Program-made: the position numbers and the translations under genes | Notes under the pieces: generated by a model | What the model was told of the DNA's origin: nothing | The model's input: only the letters and a program-made list of their open reading frames with translations | Database searches by the model: none | DNA from: a virus | Taxonomy: Duplodnaviria > Caudoviricetes | Virus record (IMG/VR): IMGVR_UViG_3300037420_000640 | Location: 1 to 27,087 of that record | DNA length: 27,087 nucleotides | Reading direction: 5' to 3' (one strand) | Part shown: positions 8,531 through 18,100 of the stretch, one piece after another | How positions within the stretch are numbered: the stretch's first letter is position 1 | Layout: each line of letters opens with the position of its first letter

Positions 8531-8924
8531 TGCTCAGTCCGCCGTACAGCTCGCGGTTTATTCGAAACTGAACACAACGTCAGCCGTAACGGCGGTTGCC
8601 GATGTGTGGCAAAATCCTCCGGAAAATAGCCAACCGAAGCCCAAGGGATTGGTGATTATCGGGCTGGTTTCGCTGGATGCGGATCAGGACAAGAGCCTCG
8701 GCATCGACAGAGCGATCATCTCGGTTTTTACCCAACTCCGGACAACCGACGCCCGCAACCTTTATGCGCTGAACGCTGCGGTCAGGAACGCACTCGATGG
8801 CCAAGCGGTCACGGCTTCCGGCGCCACGATTTCGCACCCGCAATTCCTCTCGGCTGATCCTCATTTGATGGAGGATGGGCAGACTTACGAGGACGAGCTC
8901 AAGTTCGAGATGTTCGTACAATAA
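8523..8924 (+). CDS. Tail completion/terminator protein (DUF3168-like)
   Basis: AVQ.AVY..L N-terminus, V..ALDG..., 133 aa, directly before the tail tube. Confidence 0.8.
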   Translation: MIDAQSAVQLAVYSKLNTTSAVTAVADVWQNPPENSQPKPKGLVIIGLVSLDADQDKSLGIDRAIISVFTQLRTTDARNLYALNAAVRNALDGQAVTASGATISHPQFLSADPHLMEDGQTYEDELKFEMFVQ

Positions 8925-8962
8925 CCGCCCCGCTGAGAAGCGGTGCATCCCTCAGATGGAGC
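8925..8962 (+). promoter_or_regulatory. Repeated structured late leader (copy before the tail tube)
   Basis: CCGCC-CCGCT(GAGA)AGCGG-T-GCATCCCTCAGATGGAGC; same spacing as 7296-7333, with compensatory stem changes. Confidence 0.65.
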
Positions 8963-8968
8963 ACTTAA

Positions 8969-9406
8969 ATGAGTGTAAAATTAGGCAACGACTATCGGCT
9001 GTGGATCGAAAGTGCCACGCCGGGAACCTACAATCTCATCGCCGGTCAGCAGGACTTGTCGGTCAACCGCAACGGTCAGACGATCGACATTTCCTCGAAG
9101 AACGACTTTCCCTATGCCGCGCAAGCGGCCGGCGCGCGGACGCTGAACATCTCCCTGTCCGGCGTTGCCGACCTTCCCGACGCCAACGGCTACACTCGTC
9201 TGGAGACGCAGGCCAACCTCACGGTTGCCACGCCGTTCAACGTCCAGGTCCGCAAGGGCGGTTCGTCCGGCTCGGGTTCGGACGTGGTGTTCCAGGGCTC
9301 GATGTACGCCACCGACTTTAACCAGTCGATGGGCCGCAATGATGCCGTGAAATACAGCGTCACGCTGGTCGCCTCGGCGGCGCCGACCACGGATGTTCTC
9401 GCCTAA
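8969..9406 (+). CDS. Tail tube / major tail protein (TP901-1/GTA-like)
   Basis: G.D..L.I...IAG....S......TIDISSK.D, G.R...ISLSG, YSVTL motifs; 145 aa. Confidence 0.9.
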   Translation: MSVKLGNDYRLWIESATPGTYNLIAGQQDLSVNRNGQTIDISSKNDFPYAAQAAGARTLNISLSGVADLPDANGYTRLETQANLTVATPFNVQVRKGGSSGSGSDVVFQGSMYATDFNQSMGRNDAVKYSVTLVASAAPTTDVLA

Positions 9407-9675
9407 TGAAGCTCGGCAAGCTCACGCTGGAGACGGCCGCTCCCGATGCGGAACGGCTGCTCTCCAGCACCGGCTTATCGATCGCGGAAATGCGCTCGAT
9501 GCTGTCGGGGTCGCTCGCCGCGCACCTTCTGGCGCGGGCGATCAATGCGTGTCTCGAAGAGGCGAGGGAAATCGCGTCTCTTGCCGAAGCCATCGCCGAG
9601 CATGGCATCGAGGCTGCTCGCGAAGAGGTTCTGAAGCTTTACCAGAAGGAGCCCAAGCGTGGCGGAAAAGCCTGA
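9406..9675 (+). CDS. Hypothetical protein (89 aa)
   Basis: TAATG coupling to the tail tube; helical composition; no recognised motif. Confidence 0.7.
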   Translation: MKLGKLTLETAAPDAERLLSSTGLSIAEMRSMLSGSLAAHLLARAINACLEEAREIASLAEAIAEHGIEAAREEVLKLYQKEPKRGGKA

Positions 9676-10072
9676 AGAGGTTGACCTTCTCGGTCAGCTT
9701 ACGGTCGATCTAGACGCAGAATACACGCTTCGCCCATCCCGGCAGGCTATCTCGAACATCGAAAAGGCGCTCGGCAAAGCGCTCCCGCAACTGACTGTGC
9801 AATGCGGCTCACTTGCGCTTTCGGTGGAGGAATTGGGCATCTGCATTGCCGAGCTGATGAAGGCTTATGCCGTATTCGATCCAAATGCGGGAACGGTTTA
9901 CAAGGCGCCCAATCCGGAAAAGATTGCCGATCTCATCTATGAGCACGGGCCGGTCGATGCCGCCCGCAGGCTTGCGATCATCTTCACTGGCGCTCTGACG
10001 GGTGGATACACCGCAGCGGGGGAACCGAAGGCGGCGGGGATGACGACGGAGCCGACCCTGACCGCCGCCTGA
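9659..10072 (+). CDS. Tail assembly chaperone (gpG-like, GTA-gp10 type)
   Basis: EYTLRPS.QAI..IE..LG motif; GGAG SD before the GTG; slippery GGGGGAA near the 3' end. Confidence 0.85.
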   Translation: MAEKPEEVDLLGQLTVDLDAEYTLRPSRQAISNIEKALGKALPQLTVQCGSLALSVEELGICIAELMKAYAVFDPNAGTVYKAPNPEKIADLIYEHGPVDAARRLAIIFTGALTGGYTAAGEPKAAGMTTEPTLTAA

Positions 10073-10191
10073 TCGGCTTCGTCCAGGCCGCTTTAGGCTG
10101 GACCTCGCGCCAGTTCATGGACGCGACCAATCACGAAATTTTCGCCGCCTATGAAGCGTGGCGAGACATGAACTGTCCGAAGGAGGGATGA
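10018..10191 (+). CDS. -1 frameshift extension of the tail chaperone (gpT-like)
   Basis: G GGG GAA at 10018-10024; the -1 frame stays open to TGA 10189-10191 and encodes ...RRLIGFVQAALGWTSRQFMDATNHEIFAAYEAW..., matching the LGW...F..AT..E motif of gpT-type chaperones. Confidence 0.8.
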   Translation, partial: GGTEGGGDDDGADPDRRLIGFVQAALGWTSRQFMDATNHEIFAAYEAWRDMNCPKEG

Positions 10192-13100
10192 TGGCAACTG
10201 ATCGCGCCGTTTCCCAGCTTGTCCTTCAGGTTGACGCCAATATTGCCGTTGCCCAGCGCTCGCTTCAGGAGCTTGCCAGGACCGTCAATCAGACGACCGG
10301 GCAGATGAACAATGCGCTGGGATCTACGGCCAGCGCCCACACGCGGCTGAGCGGCGCGTTCAACCAATCGCGCCTGGCCCAGATGGAATTGTCGCACGTC
10401 ATGACGGCGAGCGTCGATGCTTATGCTGCTGGCGCTTCGCCGCTCCGCATCCTCTCCCTTGAAATGGGCCGCGTTGCCCAGGCCGCGTCCTTCATGGGCG
10501 GTGGCAACGGAATTATGGGCAAAGTCGGCGCGTTCATGTCGGGGCCGTGGGGCATCGCGGTTCTTCTTGCCACTGCCGTGCTGGGCCAGCTCATTACGAA
10601 ACTGGCTGCGGGCAGTGAATCAGTCGCCGATCTCGTGCAGAAGATGCGCGAGCATGCGAAAGAGGCGGCCAAGAGCAAGCTTGCCGATGAGGCATGGTCG
10701 CACTCGATCGACGGTCTGATTGAGCGCAACGAAAAGCTCATCGACACGCTGAAGCAGCGCCTCAAGACGCAGGAGGATGTCAGCCTTCAGGAATTGCAGG
10801 CCGCCCACCGCGACGAAGCCACGGCACAAAAAGCCGTCACTGACGCTCAGAACAAGCTGCGCAATCTCCTGGCGCAGCAGGCGGCGAGCCAGCGCAGCGT
10901 GGGTATTGGGCAGGGCGGATCGCCAACCGGCTCTTCCTCGGTTATCGATGCACAGATAGCCAGGGCAAGAGAGGAGCTTGCCACCGCGCAGCAAGCGCTT
11001 GGCACGGCCCGCGCCGCGATTACGCAGAGCACCATCGCCGTGGGCGAGGAGCAGGGCAAGGCGCTCGCCGACATGAGCGCGGCAGTCGATCTGTGGGCCA
11101 AGCGCTACCAATCGGCCCTTCACGGGATCGAACAGGCCAACAGGGGGGCTTTGGCGGGACAGACGGAGACCCTGACCAACGCCTTCGAGTCGGTTCGCAA
11201 GGCGATGGGCGATGCGGCTAGTGCCGGGGCTGGAAACGCATTCTACAGCGCCCGCAATCAGGCCAAGGACCTCGGCGTCCAATTGGAGCAGGGCAAGATC
11301 ACGGTCGCCAAATATGCAACCGAAATGCAGAAACTGGCTTCTTCTCTTGAGGCCGCTGCCAAGGCTGCTCGTGATGCGAAGAAGGAAACCGGCTCGGGCG
11401 AGTTCGGGAAGCAGATCAGCTTTGCCGACGCGGCCAACATCGCGAAGGGTGCAGGCCTAACCGTCACCAGCGCCTATCGCAGCACTGCACATCAGCGCGA
11501 CCTCTACAATGATCCCAGCGTCAACCGCCCCGGCAACCCGGTTGCGAGACCGGGCACCTCTGCTCACGAGGGCGTCAATGGCAAGTGGGCGCTAGATATC
11601 GCGTTCGCTCCCGGCCTCACGCCGGAGAAGATCAAGAAAATCTATGGGGATCAGGGCGTAAGCCTTTCCGCCCTCTACAAGGAGAAGGGCCACTTCCACA
11701 TTGAGGGGAGCCGGTCACAGGCCGCCGCAGCGGAAAATGCCCAGGCTCGGGCCGAGCAAAAAGCCAAGGTGGACGATGACACGTTCGCCCGCGAGAGCGC
11801 CCAACTAGACGCTGAAATCCTCCAGACGAAGAAAGAACTTGCTGCTGGCTATGACACGCAAGCCGCCCTCGCAACGCAGGAAATAGAGGCGCAGAAGGAA
11901 GCGCAGCTGGCTTCGATCCAGAAGCAGCTTGATGCGAAGCAGATCAGCGAAGCCGAGGCCCAATCGCTGCGCCTTCAGGTTGAAGAGTTGGCGGCACAGC
12001 GCGAGGGTATTGTCGCTCGCCGGAAATATACCGATGACCTTGAGGCGCTGGCACGTTCGGCGCAGCAAGAGAGCGAGTTCAAGATTGCCGACCTCCGTTT
12101 CGCCGACGATATGGCAAAGACGCAGGGCGAGCACCGTTCTCTTCAGCTCCAGATCCTCGATATCCAGTATCAGCAGAAAGAGGCCGACCTAAAGCGCCTC
12201 CTTCTCACCATCCAATCGAACAAGGACTTCGCCACCTCCGTTGATCTTCAGCGGCAGGCGATGGAGGTTCAGGCCCAGCTAGCCCGCATTCCGATTGAGA
12301 TGGCGCAGGATCAGACCCGCGTTCGTCAGGGAACTCTCGATCCGCTCCAGCAATATCTGAGCGGCATTCCGCATGAGGCTGCGACAATCAACGAAGCGCT
12401 GAAGGCTCTAGAGGTTCAGGGTCTCGACGGACTCGCCAATGCTCTTTCCCACATTGGGGAGGGGTGGAAGGCGATGCGCGACATTGCCCTTTCAACCATT
12501 CAGGACATCGTTTCCGCGCTCATCAAAATGCAGATCGAGAGAATGTTCTTCTCGTTGCTCGGCGGCGGTGGTGGAGGTCTCGTTGGAAGCCTTGGCCTCG
12601 GCGGCGCGGGAGCGTTGCCGGACATTGGCGGGGCTGCGATCGCGGCTGGCGCTGTGCCGGGCTTCTTTTCCGGCGGCGCTCCGTTCGCCGGTTTCGCCAG
12701 CGGCGGCTTCGTTTCAGGCGCAGGGGGTTCCACGTCGGACAGCATCCCCGCGATGCTGTCGAACGGCGAATATGTGATGAGCGCTGAGGCCGTCCGCAAG
12801 TTCGGCACTGGCTTTCTTGATGCGATGAATGAAGGCAAAATACCGCACAAGAAGCACGGTGGGTTGCTCGGCGGATTGTTCGGTGGGCTGTTCGGACTGA
12901 CAGGTTTGCTCGCGACCGGAACGCTCAAACCGAAAGACTTGCTTCCGATTCTCAGTCCGGGTCTCGCTTTGGTGACGGGTCACGCGGGTATACTCAAATA
13001 TCTCAGCCCCGGAGGAATGCTCGCAAGCAAGATGTTCGGGCATGAAACGGCAAGCATTCCGCAGCCGTCTAGGATTGCGCCTCCTCGGGCTGCGAACTTC

Positions 13101-13244
13101 AACGCTGCCGGAGGCAACGTCTTCTATATCAGCGTCACGGCGCCGAACACAGGCAACCAGCGCAGGGACAGAGCCACGGCGCTCCAGCAGGCGGGTCTGG
13201 TGCGCGAAGCGGTGGCGACGGCCAATCGCAAAGGGGCGGCATAG
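10191..13244 (+). CDS. Tape measure protein with internal M15-type Zn peptidase domain
   Basis: About 1017 aa, Ala/Gln-rich helical; C-terminal FASGGFVSGAGGSTSDSIPAMLSNGEYVM; internal VTSAYRS...PGTSAHEG...ALDI...HFHIE. Start at ATG 10191 (AGGAGG at 10181-10186). Confidence 0.95.
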   Translation: MATDRAVSQLVLQVDANIAVAQRSLQELARTVNQTTGQMNNALGSTASAHTRLSGAFNQSRLAQMELSHVMTASVDAYAAGASPLRILSLEMGRVAQAASFMGGGNGIMGKVGAFMSGPWGIAVLLATAVLGQLITKLAAGSESVADLVQKMREHAKEAAKSKLADEAWSHSIDGLIERNEKLIDTLKQRLKTQEDVSLQELQAAHRDEATAQKAVTDAQNKLRNLLAQQAASQRSVGIGQGGSPTGSSSVIDAQIARAREELATAQQALGTARAAITQSTIAVGEEQGKALADMSAAVDLWAKRYQSALHGIEQANRGALAGQTETLTNAFESVRKAMGDAASAGAGNAFYSARNQAKDLGVQLEQGKITVAKYATEMQKLASSLEAAAKAARDAKKETGSGEFGKQISFADAANIAKGAGLTVTSAYRSTAHQRDLYNDPSVNRPGNPVARPGTSAHEGVNGKWALDIAFAPGLTPEKIKKIYGDQGVSLSALYKEKGHFHIEGSRSQAAAAENAQARAEQKAKVDDDTFARESAQLDAEILQTKKELAAGYDTQAALATQEIEAQKEAQLASIQKQLDAKQISEAEAQSLRLQVEELAAQREGIVARRKYTDDLEALARSAQQESEFKIADLRFADDMAKTQGEHRSLQLQILDIQYQQKEADLKRLLLTIQSNKDFATSVDLQRQAMEVQAQLARIPIEMAQDQTRVRQGTLDPLQQYLSGIPHEAATINEALKALEVQGLDGLANALSHIGEGWKAMRDIALSTIQDIVSALIKMQIERMFFSLLGGGGGGLVGSLGLGGAGALPDIGGAAIAAGAVPGFFSGGAPFAGFASGGFVSGAGGSTSDSIPAMLSNGEYVMSAEAVRKFGTGFLDAMNEGKIPHKKHGGLLGGLFGGLFGLTGLLATGTLKPKDLLPILSPGLALVTGHAGILKYLSPGGMLASKMFGHETASIPQPSRIAPPRAANFNAAGGNVFYISVTAPNTGNQRRDRATALQQAGLVREAVATANRKGAA

Positions 13245-13613
13245 GTGCATATTCCCCAGCAGCTCCCTCGCAATATCGAGAACGGCGCCCGCCGCAGCCT
13301 CATGTGGGATATTGAGATCGTCACCACTGACGGCGGCAGCGAGGTCCGCAATCAGCGTTGGGCAACACCGCTCAGAACCTGGGAGATCGGCTACAACAAC
13401 GGCGCCCTAACCAATGCCGACCACGCAACGGTCGAGCGGATGTTCTATCAGACGGAAGGCGGCGTGCACACCTTCAACTGGTGGGATGAGCGCGGCAACA
13501 ACGGGGCCGGGGAGATGGTCAAGGTCAGGTTCGATACCGACCTTCAGTTCACCAATACGGTTGGGCCGTATCATCATCTAGACAGCTTCACGATCAAGGA
13601 AGTGCGCGAGTGA
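13245..13613 (+). CDS. Distal tail protein, short DUF2460-like
   Basis: W..EIVTT.GG.E.RNQRW..P.R.W and VRFDTD motifs; only 122 aa. Confidence 0.8.
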   Translation: MHIPQQLPRNIENGARRSLMWDIEIVTTDGGSEVRNQRWATPLRTWEIGYNNGALTNADHATVERMFYQTEGGVHTFNWWDERGNNGAGEMVKVRFDTDLQFTNTVGPYHHLDSFTIKEVRE

Positions 13614-14464
13614 GGACGCATAGCAGCGCTCTCGCAACCCACCTTTCAGGACGCTCTCACACCCTCTGCTCAATGCTGCTGCTCGACCTCAGAGATGGCA
13701 CGAGCTTCGGAATTACAGATCACGACCAACCGCTGCCTTTCGACATCGGTGACGGACTCGTGACCTATTCCGCAAGGACCGGCATTCTCACCTCCAATGT
13801 GTCGCTGTCGTGCGGGCTGGAGGCAGACAATTACGAAGTCACCGGACCATTAAGCGATCTGGTCACGAGGAAAGCGGTTCTCGGCGGTCGCTACAACCGA
13901 GCCCGAGCGAGACTATTCGAGGTCAACTGGAAAGACCTTTCGGCCGGCGCGATCAAGATCCTCGCCGGATATGTTTCGGAAGCGAGGATCGAGGGTGGGA
14001 AGTTCGTCTTTGAAATTCGCTCCGATGTCGATTTCTATAACCAGATGGTGGGCCGCGTCATCACCAACATGTGCGATGCGGACTTCGGCGACGGGATCAG
14101 GTGTCACGGAACGCCGACTTCGGTTGTCGGAACGGTCACTGCCGTAACCGATGCGATGCGGTTCACCGTGTCCTTTACAGGTTCCTATGCCGACGACTTC
14201 TTCAACAAGGGCACGGTCCAGTTCCTGACTGGCGCGATGGCCGGAACCGACAAGATCGAGATTGAGGACTGGACCTCTGCGGGGGCAATTACTCTATTCG
14301 CTCCAGCGGTCGAAAATCCGGCGATTGGGGACACGCTAACGATCAAGGAAGGCTGTGCGAAAACACGCGATGCCTGCATGGCGCACGGGCAAATCCTGAA
14401 CTTCAGGGGCTATCCGGAAGTGCCTGGCCGCAAGGCGCTGATGCCTGCGATACCGGGGCAGTAG
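13610..14464 (+). CDS. Baseplate hub protein (DUF2163/BR0599, GTA g13-like)
   Basis: L.THL....TLC, DG...G.TDHD, GRY..A, VNW, C.A.FGD..C, GC.KT...C......NFRG.P.VPG (four conserved Cys). Confidence 0.93.
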   Translation: MRTHSSALATHLSGRSHTLCSMLLLDLRDGTSFGITDHDQPLPFDIGDGLVTYSARTGILTSNVSLSCGLEADNYEVTGPLSDLVTRKAVLGGRYNRARARLFEVNWKDLSAGAIKILAGYVSEARIEGGKFVFEIRSDVDFYNQMVGRVITNMCDADFGDGIRCHGTPTSVVGTVTAVTDAMRFTVSFTGSYADDFFNKGTVQFLTGAMAGTDKIEIEDWTSAGAITLFAPAVENPAIGDTLTIKEGCAKTRDACMAHGQILNFRGYPEVPGRKALMPAIPGQ

Positions 14465-14465
14465 G

Positions 14466-14657
14466 TCAGATGCCCCAATATGCCATTTCGCCCTTAATGT
14501 AGCTGTCGCGGTTGAAGCCCTCATCCCAAGCATCCCAGAGATCAGGCTCCGTGTCAGGATCATACGGATTGAACACCGTAAGACTGTCCTCGCCGGCCAG
14601 GTGCGAGAGCGCCAAGCCTAGGCGGTAAGCCTCTTCGATCGCCGCGTCGTCAGCCAC
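14466..14657 (-). CDS. Small acidic protein, Rmf/CrpP-like pattern (antisense moron)
   Basis: 63 aa filling the hub-NlpC gap; AY..G...NPY.......W.AW.EG pattern. Confidence 0.6.
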   Translation of the reverse strand: MADDAAIEEAYRLGLALSHLAGEDSLTVFNPYDPDTEPDLWDAWDEGFNRDSYIKGEMAYWGI

Positions 14658-14691
14658 ACGCTCTGGCTATCATAGAACCGGGAAAGAGTGA

Positions 14692-15135
14692 ATGGCTCGC
14701 AAAGCGAAGGATCGCGGCGCCCGCGTGGCGGCTGCCGTTCGATCATGGGAGGGAACGCCGTTTCAAGATCACCAGCGCTGCAAGGGCGCTGGCGTCGATT
14801 GCAAGGGTCTGCTGTGGGGGGTTGCCGACGAGCTTGGCTTTCCCGAGGCTCAGAGCGAATATGCGCAGACGATCGATTACAACCTTCGCTTGAGAAACGG
14901 GATACCCTCTGCTCGGCTGAAGGAAGGTTTCGCGGCTCTGTTCGATCCCGTCACGGACGAATGGAAGCCCGGCGATATCCTGCTCTGCAAGCATGACGGG
15001 CAAGTCGGGCATATCGCGATTTTCGACGGTGAGCGGGCGTGGAACGCGCTTCCCGAATCGGGGGTGAAGTCGCGGACGCTCAGAAGTCTTTTTCACAAAT
15101 ACCCATTGGACAGCGTGTGGCGGTGGAGGTCTTGA
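14692..15135 (+). CDS. NlpC/P60 family tail-associated peptidase
   Basis: W.GTPF.......GAGVDC.GL, PGDILL, H.AI motifs; the third catalytic position appears to be Asn (AWNA). Confidence 0.93.
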   Translation: MARKAKDRGARVAAAVRSWEGTPFQDHQRCKGAGVDCKGLLWGVADELGFPEAQSEYAQTIDYNLRLRNGIPSARLKEGFAALFDPVTDEWKPGDILLCKHDGQVGHIAIFDGERAWNALPESGVKSRTLRSLFHKYPLDSVWRWRS

Positions 15136-18100
15136 TTGCCGATACCTAAGATCGTCGTCACCGTTGCGCTGATGGCGGCCCAGACTGCGTTGCAGATGAC
15201 GCAGAAGATCAGGGGACCGCGCCTCGACAGCCTCAAGACGACGACTGCGGAATATGGGACGCCAATCCCGAGGTTCTGGGGCAAGCGCAAGTTCGAGTGC
15301 CCGGTCATCATGGCGGCGGACCTTATCGAGACGCAGCACACGTCAAAGGGAAAGGCGGGAAAGAACACTCAGTACAAATATTTCGCCGACTTCGCGATCC
15401 TGATTTGTGACCACGAGATAGACGCTGTTACCCGAATTTGGATGGACGAAAAGCTCGTCTATCAAACCACCGATCCAGGCCCGACTTCGGTAGGAGCTGC
15501 GGCTGGCCTCACGGTCGGCGGGAACATGCGGATTTATCTGGGAACCGAAACCCAAGACCCTGATCCGATGATCGAAGCATGGTGCGACGATCGCTACGGA
15601 CCCAACTCCTGCCCGGCCTACAGGGGTTCGGCGTACATCGCGTTTGAACGGCTTCCGGTAAACAATTTCGGCAATCGCATCCCAAACATCACGGTTGAGG
15701 CGGTCAACAACAAGTCCGACATTTATCCTTGGGAAGTTGACGATTCACCCAGCACTCTAGGTTCTCCGTCGCAATTCTCGCCTGATGGCACGCGGCTTTA
15801 CGTGATCAGTTCTGATTTCCAGGTCTGGGACGTTCCGAACCGCACCCTTCTCGTGTATCGAGTCCTGCCGGTCGGTTCCGGCATCTCATATGTCTACGCG
15901 ATTACCGATAGCGCCATTTATGGTGTCAACATCAGCGGTGACACTGGCGTTGTCCTTGGCCTCGACGGAAGTGTCATCTCGGTCGATTCTCTGGATCATG
16001 TGGGCTGGAGTGGTGCCCTGCTTGCGGGCGGCTCGATCTGGCTCATTCCGGGTTCGTTCACCGGCCAATATTACGGACAATGGGCTGGCGGTCCCGCAGT
16101 CGCCACATACGCAACCAACTTCTGGCCGACCTTCTATTTCAACAATACCGAGGGAGACGCGATAGCTCTCGGATGGTCGCCGTCAACGACCTACAACCTC
16201 TGCGTTGCTGATGTACCGGGCAATGCCACGATTATCGATACCACGGCTTACACCACATCCGGAGTCGCTTACGGTTTCGACAACGGAACCAACTATGTCG
16301 TTCGGCAGGGGGATTACCTTTTCCTGATCGACAAGACGACCCACACCATCGTTTCCGCGGTGAACGAGGGAGACCCCGCAGCCTATCCCAATTCGACCTA
16401 CCCGAACATCGCGCCCGGTGCCACGGACTTCTGGGAAGGCCCGACGCATTACAATGCTCTCGATCTTTCTGTGATCGAGGATATCGACATTTCACTTTGG
16501 CCCGTGACCGGCGTTACCGAGCACACGGGGCAGACCTATTCCAGTGTTCTCGATGCCCTCGTCAGCTTCGCGAACGATCCCGCTATCATCTGGCGCTACC
16601 TTCACCGCATCGGCTCAAGTGGCGTCACGCTCAAGACCATCGTGGACGGCGTTTCCGGTTGGGCTTTCCCGACCGGCGCAACGATGCCCGACACCACTGC
16701 TTTAACTCAGGTTGTTCAGGGATACTCAGTCACCCAAGGCGCGGGAAAGGAGATGATCGGCCCGCTGCTCGACATTCACGATGTCGATTGCCGGCCACAT
16801 GACTTCGGGGTCCAGTTCGTCAATCGCGGCGGCTCTCCGTCCGGAACGATCCTCACGGAAGACTTCGTGAGGGACGGTGACAACCGCTACACCGTCACCA
16901 TCCAGCAGGACACTGACTTACCGAGAAAACTGACGTTCAATTACGCCGATGTGGATCACGAGCAGCAGGCGAACAACGCCATTGCTCAAAGACCATTCGA
17001 TGCTGCCGACACGACACGGGAAGAGACGGTTGACCTCTCGACCTATGCCGATACCGCGGACGGCGCGCAGCAGAAGGCCGATCGGTATCTAAGGAGGGTT
17101 TGGAACAGCCGGGAGCGGATCAAGAACTCTCTGACCGCCCAGAAGCTTGCATTGGAGCCGGGAGACGTAACGACTCTCTCGTTAGACGGAGTGCTTCGCA
17201 ATGCGCGTCTCGACAAATGGACAAAGGCCCAAAGCGTTCTCCAGTGCGAGTTCATCCGTGACGAGGTTTCGGTTGCGGCGGTCAATTCGGCGACGACCGG
17301 CGCGGACATGCAGGGCAATGATGTCCAGACCATCACCGTTCCGACCGAAACCAGAGGCTTCATCATCGACGCTCCGCTGATTCAGGACGCGGACAATGAT
17401 GTGAACCCGATCATCTATTATGCAGCCGGGAATTACGGAACCGGAACCTGGCTTGGAGCCACTGTCAACGAGCGGGACACCGGAGGGGATTATTCTATCC
17501 TGTTCGGCTCAGTGGACACGACCAACGGTGCTACATGGGGCTTTGCGACTTCGGCGCTGGGAACCGCGAACCCGAACCTCTGGGATCGGGGGAATAGTTT
17601 TACCGCCAACGTCTATGGAACGCTGACCTCGCACACCGAGGCGGAGATCAACGCCGATCCATCGCTGAACCTGATCGCCTTGGGGACTGACGACCGTTGG
17701 GAATATATCCAGTTCGCCACGGCAACCCTCACGGGAACATCTGGTAACGCCAACCTCTACACCCTGTCAGGCTTCAAGAGAGGTCGGAGAGGAACCGAGG
17801 GCAATGTCGGAAACCATACAAACGGGGATTCGCTGGTCGTTCTCTCCAACGCTATCCCGAGCGAAATCGGGACCGATGCGGTTGGTGACAGTCTGTCGTT
17901 CAAGATCCAGTCACTAGGCCGGGACGTTGACGCGGCTCCGGCGATCGATCTCACCTATGACGGCAATACGCTGAAGCCATATGCGCCAGCTCGGTTGAAG
18001 ACTTATTACGACGGCACCGACCTCCAATGCACGATCTATCGCCGCACTCGTGTTGGCGGTGCGTGGAACGGCGGATCGACCATTCCGCTTTCTGAAAATG

